The notes under the pieces: model-generated
What the model was told of the DNA's origin: nothing
The model's database searches: none
Seen by the model: only the letters and a program-made list of their open reading frames with translations
Origin: Candidatus Eiseniibacteriota bacterium
GTDB lineage: Bacteria; Eisenbacteria; RBG-16-71-46
DNA length: 64,000 bases
Reading direction: 5' to 3'
Assembly: GCA_046327815.1 (NCBI GenBank)
Contig: JAXLXR010000014.1
Span: forward strand, 3,706 to 67,705
Position numbers and translations under genes: made by a program
Part shown: one piece after another, positions 54,958-64,000 of the stretch
How the letters are laid out: every line of letters starts with the position of its first letter
How positions within the stretch are numbered: position 1 is the stretch's first letter

Positions 54958-56184
54958 ATGGACCGCCAGCCCGTCGAAGTCTTCGCCGCACGCCAGCCGC
55001 TGTTCGATCGCGAACGGCGTGTCGCAGGCTACGAACTGCTCTACCGCGCGAGCGAACGCAACCGCTTCGAAGGCGGGGACCCGGACGTCGTGTCCTCGAT
55101 GAGCCTCGAACGCACGCTGCTCGGCTTCGGCCTGAGCACGCTGACCGGCGAGCACGACGCGTGGATCAACGCCTCGCGCGGCATGCTCGTGCGCGGGCAC
55201 TGGGAACTGCTCCCGCCGGAATCCACCGTGATCGAGGTGCTCGAGACGATCGAGCCCGACGACGAGGTGGTCGCAGCCTGCCGCCGCCTGCGCGACGCGG
55301 GCTTCCGGTTGGCGCTCGACGACTACGTGCACTCCTCCGCGATGCGCCCACTGCTCGACCTGGCGCAGTGGGTGAAACTCGATTTCCGCGGCCAGCCGTC
55401 CGAGGCGCGCCGTGCGGTCGAGCGCGAGCTGCGGCGCCACCCGCTGAAGCTGCTCGCCGAGAAGATCGAGACGCACGAGGAGCACGTCGAAGCGATGCAC
55501 GCGGGCTACGAGCTCTTCCAGGGCTACTTCTTCTGCCGGCCCGAGATGATGCGCACCCGCGACGTGGCGCCGAACCGCATCGTGTACCTGCGCCTGCTCC
55601 GCGCGGTGCAGGCCCCGCCGTACGACCTCGCCCAGCTCGAGGAGCTGATCCAGCAGGACGTCGCGCTCTCGATCAAGCTGCTGCGCTTCCTTCACTCGGC
55701 CGCGAACGCGTGGGCCTCGCAGGTCACGAGCATCCGGCAGGCGCTCCTCATCATGGGCGAGCGCCAGATCCGGCAGTGGGTCTCGCTCGTCGCGGTGTTC
55801 GGGCTCGCGCAGGGCAAGCCGAACGAGCTGATCGTGGTGGCGTTGACGCGCGCACGGTTCGCCGAACAGCTCGCCCACCACACCACGCTGTCCGCGCGCG
55901 CCGACGACCTGTTCCTCGCCGGACTGCTCTCGGTCGCCGACGCGCTCACCGACCTGCCGCTCGAGGCCGCGCTCGGACCGCTCGGCCTCGCACCCGACGT
56001 GGCGGACGCGCTGCTGTGCGGCGCCATGCCGCTCGGGCCCGTGCTGGCGATGGTGCTCGCATGGGAACGCGGTGAGTGGGACGTCGTCGAACGCTGGCTC
56101 CACGAGCACTCGGCCGACGAAGCGCAGGTCGCGCGGGCATATGCGGAAGCCGTGCTCTGGGCGGAGGACCACGCCCAGCCCTGA
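54958..56184 (+). CDS. EAL-domain plus HDOD-domain signalling protein (YuxH/COG3434-like)
   Basis: ORF 408 aa. Motifs: QPLFDRERRVAGYELLYR, LALDDY, KLDF, AEKIET, QGYFFCRP. These are followed by an HDOD-like helical domain (LSIKLLRFLHSAANA...ALLIMGERQIRQW). Confidence 0.75.
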   Translation: MDRQPVEVFAARQPLFDRERRVAGYELLYRASERNRFEGGDPDVVSSMSLERTLLGFGLSTLTGEHDAWINASRGMLVRGHWELLPPESTVIEVLETIEPDDEVVAACRRLRDAGFRLALDDYVHSSAMRPLLDLAQWVKLDFRGQPSEARRAVERELRRHPLKLLAEKIETHEEHVEAMHAGYELFQGYFFCRPEMMRTRDVAPNRIVYLRLLRAVQAPPYDLAQLEELIQQDVALSIKLLRFLHSAANAWASQVTSIRQALLIMGERQIRQWVSLVAVFGLAQGKPNELIVVALTRARFAEQLAHHTTLSARADDLFLAGLLSVADALTDLPLEAALGPLGLAPDVADALLCGAMPLGPVLAMVLAWERGEWDVVERWLHEHSADEAQVARAYAEAVLWAEDHAQP

Positions 56185-56240
56185 CTCCGCGCGCATGCGG
56201 TGTTCAGGCCGCGTGGCACCGGCCGAGACTCCGTTCCGCC

Positions 56241-59726
<3,486 letters not shown>

Positions 59727-59844
59727 AGCCCGTGCGCCCGTCGGGGCTGGCCGCCGCGGTCCGCGAGGCATCGACTCGCGGCGGAACGGCCGCCGTCCGG
59801 CGCAGGCCGTCGCGCAGGCGGCGCCGGCCGCCGCCGCGACGCCC

Positions 59845-60258
<414 letters not shown>

Positions 60259-60377
60259 GCCCGATTCGCGCGATTTGCAAGGCCGCGCCCGCCTCAAGCG
60301 CCGGAACGGGGCTCCGATACTGGGGCTGACCGGGTGGAACACCCGGCCTCTTCCGCTCTCGTACGTGGAGAACAGGG

Positions 60378-61238
60378 ATGCTCACCATCGTCGGTCTCGT
60401 CGTCGTGATCGGGTCGGTCCTCGGTGGCTTCATGATCGCCGGCGGCAACCCGGCCGCGCTCGTGCAAATCTCGGAAATCATCTCGATCGTCGGCACGTCC
60501 GTCGGCACGGTGCTCATCTCCACGCCCGCCCCGGTGCTCAAGGCCACCTCGGGCAAGCTCCAGGCGGTCATCAAGCCGTCGCCGTTCACGAAGAAGCTCT
60601 ACCTGGACTCGCTCAAGCTGCTCTACGAGCTGTTCCAGATGGCGCGCAAGGACGGCCTGGTCGCGATCGAAGGCCACATCGAGAAGCCCAAGGAGAGCTC
60701 GCTGTTCAAGAAGTACCCGGCGGTGCTCCACGAGCACCACGCCGTGGACTTCCTGTGCGACTCGCTGCGGCTCGTGCTGGTCGGCAGCGTCCCGCCGCAC
60801 GACCTCGAAGGCCTCATGGACTCCGAGATCGACACGCACCACGAAGCCGAGGGCAAGACCGTCGGCGTGCTGCAGAAGGTCGGTGACGCGCTGCCCGGCA
60901 TCGGCATCGTGGCCGCCGTCGCCGGCATCATCGTGACGATGGGCGCGATCGCCGGCCCGATCGAGGAGATCGGCCACCACGTCGGCGCCGCCCTGACCGG
61001 TACGTTCATGGGCGTGCTCTTCGCGTACGGGTTCCTGAACCCGCTCGCGACCTCCATCGAGCACGTGAACTCGTCCGAGGCGCGTTACTACCACTTCCTG
61101 AAGGCCGCGGTCGTGTCGTTCGCGAAGGGCTTCTCGCCCATCGTGTCCGCCGAGTTCGCGCGCCGCGCCATCTTCGCCGACGACCGGCCCACCTTCGCCG
61201 AGATGGAGAGCGCGGTGAAGGGCCAGAAGGCCGCGTGA
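60378..61238 (+). CDS. motA: flagellar stator protein MotA
   Basis: ORF 286 aa with four TM segments. Motifs: LPGIGIVAAVAGIIVTMG, GAALTGTFMGVLFAYGF. Confidence 0.9.
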   Translation: MLTIVGLVVVIGSVLGGFMIAGGNPAALVQISEIISIVGTSVGTVLISTPAPVLKATSGKLQAVIKPSPFTKKLYLDSLKLLYELFQMARKDGLVAIEGHIEKPKESSLFKKYPAVLHEHHAVDFLCDSLRLVLVGSVPPHDLEGLMDSEIDTHHEAEGKTVGVLQKVGDALPGIGIVAAVAGIIVTMGAIAGPIEEIGHHVGAALTGTFMGVLFAYGFLNPLATSIEHVNSSEARYYHFLKAAVVSFAKGFSPIVSAEFARRAIFADDRPTFAEMESAVKGQKAA

Positions 61239-61251
61239 CGGGGCGCATGCC

Positions 61252-62106
61252 ATGAGCGCGAACAAGGAACGCGAAGTCCCCGTCCGGATCATCTACCGCA
61301 AGAAGGGGCACGGACACGGTCACCACGGTGGCGCGTGGAAGGTGGCGTTCGCCGACTTCATGACGGCCATGTTCGCCATGTTCCTCGTGCTCTGGCTGAT
61401 CAACCAGTCGTCCGACGTGAAGTCGGCGATCGCCGGCTACTTCCAGGACCCGCTCGGCCGGTCCGACGAGTTCGGCAGCTCGATCGTGCCGGGCGAAGGC
61501 GCGCAGGCATCGGTCGTGCGCCCGATGCGGCAGACCGACGTGACCGAACTCCGCATGAACAAGATGCAGGTCATGTCGCGCAAGCTCGAGGAACAGCTCG
61601 CCTCGGCGCCCGAACTCAAGGGCGTGATGGACAAGATCGAGATCAAGCTGACCGACGAAGGCCTGCAGATCCAGCTGCTCGAGGACTCGACCGGCGTGTT
61701 CTTCGAGAGCGGCAACGCGTCGCCGTCGTGGCGCGGGCGCGGCGTGCTGGCCATTCTCGGGCAGGAACTGGGGCAGCTCCCGAACCCGATCCTGATCGCC
61801 GGCTACACCGACGCGCAGCCCTACCGCCGCGCGGACGGCTACACGAACTGGGAACTGAGCACCGATCGCGCGAACACCGCGCGCCGCATCCTTGAGCTGA
61901 ACGGCGTCGGCGCGCACCAGGTCGCCGAGGTGCGCGGTTTCGCGGATCGCGACCTGCACGATCCCGACGACCCGTACGCCGCGAGCAATCGCCGCGTCTC
62001 GATCACCATGAAGTTCGACGAGGTGGCTGCAGCGGATTCGCTCGCGGCCGGGCCGGCCCCTGCGGCGACGGCCGTCCCCGCGGCGGCGGAAGGAGCGCAC
62101 CGATGA
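61252..62106 (+). CDS. motB: flagellar stator protein MotB (OmpA-like C-terminus)
   Basis: ORF 284 aa. GGAWKVAFADFMTAMFAMFLVLWL carries the conserved channel Asp. OmpA-like motifs GYTD...NWELSTDRANTARR...NRRVSI. Confidence 0.9.
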   Translation: MSANKEREVPVRIIYRKKGHGHGHHGGAWKVAFADFMTAMFAMFLVLWLINQSSDVKSAIAGYFQDPLGRSDEFGSSIVPGEGAQASVVRPMRQTDVTELRMNKMQVMSRKLEEQLASAPELKGVMDKIEIKLTDEGLQIQLLEDSTGVFFESGNASPSWRGRGVLAILGQELGQLPNPILIAGYTDAQPYRRADGYTNWELSTDRANTARRILELNGVGAHQVAEVRGFADRDLHDPDDPYAASNRRVSITMKFDEVAAADSLAAGPAPAATAVPAAAEGAHR

Positions 62107-63293
62107 GCGAGCAGGCCACGCTGCTGCTGGTGGACCGTGACCCCGCGCACGTCGAAACGTTCCGCCGCACGCTGGAACTCGAACGCCGCGTCCGGCTGGT
62201 GATCTCGCTGAACCCCGTCGAGGCGGTGAAGACCGCGCACGACCTTCGTCCCGACCTCGTCGTGGTCACGCACGACGTGCCGGGCATGAACGCCTTCTCG
62301 TTCTGCCAGGCGCTGCGGCAGGACCCGGCGCTGTCGGGCACGATGATCGTGCTCACGATTCCTCCGCACGCGAACGAGATGCGCTTCGCCGGGCTCACGC
62401 ACGGCGTGGACGAATACCTCGTGCACCCCATCGAGCCGGCCGAAGTGCTCACGAAGCTGCACTCGATGCTGCGCATGAAGGACGCGTACGACCAGATCCT
62501 GCGCGACAAGCTGGAGCTCGAGGAGCTGCACCAGCACCTGCGGTCGAGCTTCGACCAGATGCTGCAGCTGCTCACGCACATCCTCGACCTGCGCCTGCCC
62601 GGCGCGGGCGATCGCGGCAAGCGCATCGCCGACGTCGCGCTCCAGGTCGCCGCGCGGTTCGGCGTGCCGGAGACGCACCTGCGCGACATGGAGATCGCCG
62701 CGCGGCTGCACGAACTCGGCCGCGTCATCAACGCCGAGGCCGGCAAGACGTCCACGCAGTCGGCGCACGCGGTGGACGACTGGCAGTACATCCTGTCGAC
62801 GCGCGCGATCTTCTCGCGCGTGGACGGGCTCGAGGGCGCGACCGAAGTCGTCAGCGCGATCTACGAGAACTGGGACGGCACCGGGCATCCGGAGCACTGG
62901 GTACAGGGCCAGATCCCGCTCCGCAGCCGCATCCTGCGCGTGATCGTGGACCTGTTCGCCGCGCTCGCCGCTCCCGGGGCGCCGGATCGCGACACGGTGC
63001 TCGACGACATGCAGAACTTCGTCGGCACGCGCTACGACGCCATGGTGCTCGTGCACCTGCGCTCGGTGCTGCGCGGCGAAGGCGGCGACGTGCGCGGCGA
63101 CCGGATCGTCGTGCCGGTGCCCGAACTCAAGGTCGGCATGGTGCTCGCCGAGGACCTGTGCACGGACTCGGGGATCAAGCTGCTCGCCCGGAACACGCGC
63201 ATCTCGACCGAGACGCTGGAGACGATCCGCCGGCGGCATTCGCTCGAGCCGATCGTGTCCGGCGCGGCGGTGCTGCGGAAGAGCGCGGCGTAG
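62103..63293 (+). CDS. atypical receiver - degenerate HD-GYP domain protein
   Basis: ORF 396 aa; the ATG overlaps the motB stop (ATGA at 62103-62106). REC retains the acceptor Asp (LVVVTHDVPGM), but has DRD instead of DD and HP instead of KP. The HD-GYP region reads HELGRV ... ENWDGTGHPE (HD to HE, GYP to GHP). Confidence 0.7.
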   Translation: MSEQATLLLVDRDPAHVETFRRTLELERRVRLVISLNPVEAVKTAHDLRPDLVVVTHDVPGMNAFSFCQALRQDPALSGTMIVLTIPPHANEMRFAGLTHGVDEYLVHPIEPAEVLTKLHSMLRMKDAYDQILRDKLELEELHQHLRSSFDQMLQLLTHILDLRLPGAGDRGKRIADVALQVAARFGVPETHLRDMEIAARLHELGRVINAEAGKTSTQSAHAVDDWQYILSTRAIFSRVDGLEGATEVVSAIYENWDGTGHPEHWVQGQIPLRSRILRVIVDLFAALAAPGAPDRDTVLDDMQNFVGTRYDAMVLVHLRSVLRGEGGDVRGDRIVVPVPELKVGMVLAEDLCTDSGIKLLARNTRISTETLETIRRRHSLEPIVSGAAVLRKSAA

Positions 63294-63384
63294 GCCCGTC
63301 CGGCTTGCGGCCGGCGCGGTGCCGCGCGTAGCGTGACGGGACTCCCCATCGGAGTCCCGTTCCTCTTCGCCGCCGGAGCCGCGC

Positions 63385-63978
63385 GTGAACCCGTCGAACC
63401 CCGAGCACGAGAGCCTCGTCGCCGCCGACCGCTGGCGGCTCTGGAGTTCGCTGGTGCGTGGACTTTCCCACCAGCTCGCGAACGTCGCGCAGATGATGGC
63501 GCTGGACGACGTGCCGCCCGGAGCGCTGACGGAATCGCGGGAACGTCTCGCCGACACGACCGCGGCGCTGCAGGCGCTCCGCACGACTTCGGGGACCGCG
63601 CCGCTGCTGCTCACGCCGGTGTTCGACGATCTCGACCGGCTGCAGCGGCTCCAGATGGAGTTCCCGTCGGCGCCGCTCGACTGCACGCTCGAACCGGGGC
63701 TGCCGGCGCTCGCGATGCGGCCGGAGGACCTGATGCACCTGCTGCTCGCCTGCGTGACGGCGTCCAAGCGTGCCGCCGGCGACGAGCGTCTCGCGGTGCG
63801 AGTGGACGCCCGCGAGGAAGGGGACGGCGTCTGCGTCACGATCGCGTCGCCCCCGAGCATCGAAGCCGACCCGGGCGCGGCGGCGCGTGCGCTCGCCGAG
63901 CGCGCGCGCGGCAGCGTGACGACCGCACCCGGCGCGATGCAGGTGCGGCTTCCGGCCTGGCGTCGTCCGGGCGCCTAG
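63385..63978 (+). CDS. small soluble histidine-kinase-like protein (degenerate)
   Basis: ORF 197 aa. GTG start with GGAG 6 nt upstream. H-box-like LVRGLSHQLANV. A short ATPase-like C-terminal part (LLLACVTASKRA...VCVTIASPP). Confidence 0.4.
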   Translation: MNPSNPEHESLVAADRWRLWSSLVRGLSHQLANVAQMMALDDVPPGALTESRERLADTTAALQALRTTSGTAPLLLTPVFDDLDRLQRLQMEFPSAPLDCTLEPGLPALAMRPEDLMHLLLACVTASKRAAGDERLAVRVDAREEGDGVCVTIASPPSIEADPGAAARALAERARGSVTTAPGAMQVRLPAWRRPGA

Positions 63979-64000
63979 CCGAGCATCCCCAGCATCTCCT

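Noticed and set aside
61270-61340. His/Gly-rich stretch KKGHGHGHHGGAWK at the MotB N-terminus, considered as a possible metal-binding insertion.
   Set aside because: E. coli MotB has an equivalent basic/His-containing segment (KSHGAAHGSWK) just before the TM helix, so this is a normal family feature.

Overview
This is a very GC-rich bacterial chromosomal window. Third codon positions are almost all G/C, so every real gene is shadowed by long spurious antisense or out-of-frame ORFs. I call about 45 protein-coding genes. I found no rRNA, tRNA, CRISPR array, transposase or integrase.

Layout:
1. 1-27.6 kb (minus strand) is a glycan-utilisation regulon that I read as a beta-1,2-glucan / sophoro-oligosaccharide system. 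It holds two GH144-like endoglucanases, a GH94 phosphorylase, a GH1 beta-glucosidase and a CUT1-type ABC importer. It also holds a TonB-dependent receptor with three T9SS-CTD surface proteins and a PorV-like barrel, a large secreted glycosidase-like protein of unknown family, and two paralogous LacI repressors with a shared operator motif.
2. 27.7-37.5 kb carries housekeeping and miscellaneous genes: Xaa-Pro aminopeptidase, a GIY-YIG / class D beta-lactamase / hemolysin-III operon, pckG, a dGTPase, a PuuD-like membrane cytochrome c protein and a DEAD-box helicase.
3. 37.8-42.5 kb is a NeuB/NeuA-type sugar cluster with an RraA-like aldolase and a histidine phosphatase.
4. 42.7-54.3 kb carries an OprB porin and a complete chemotaxis operon. 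The operon includes an in-frame CheR-CheD fusion, a REC-pseudoREC-CheX protein, a CheZ-like protein and a STAS protein.
5. 54.5-64 kb carries an EAL-HDOD protein, a multi-PAS hybrid kinase, and motAB translationally coupled to a degenerate REC-HD-GYP protein.

Four long genes contain five apparent reading-frame breaks, which are either assembly indels or true pseudogenes. The T9SS-type C-terminal domains and the PorV-like gene suggest an FCB-group-like lineage; this is inference only. All family assignments come from motifs read by eye. No database search was run.
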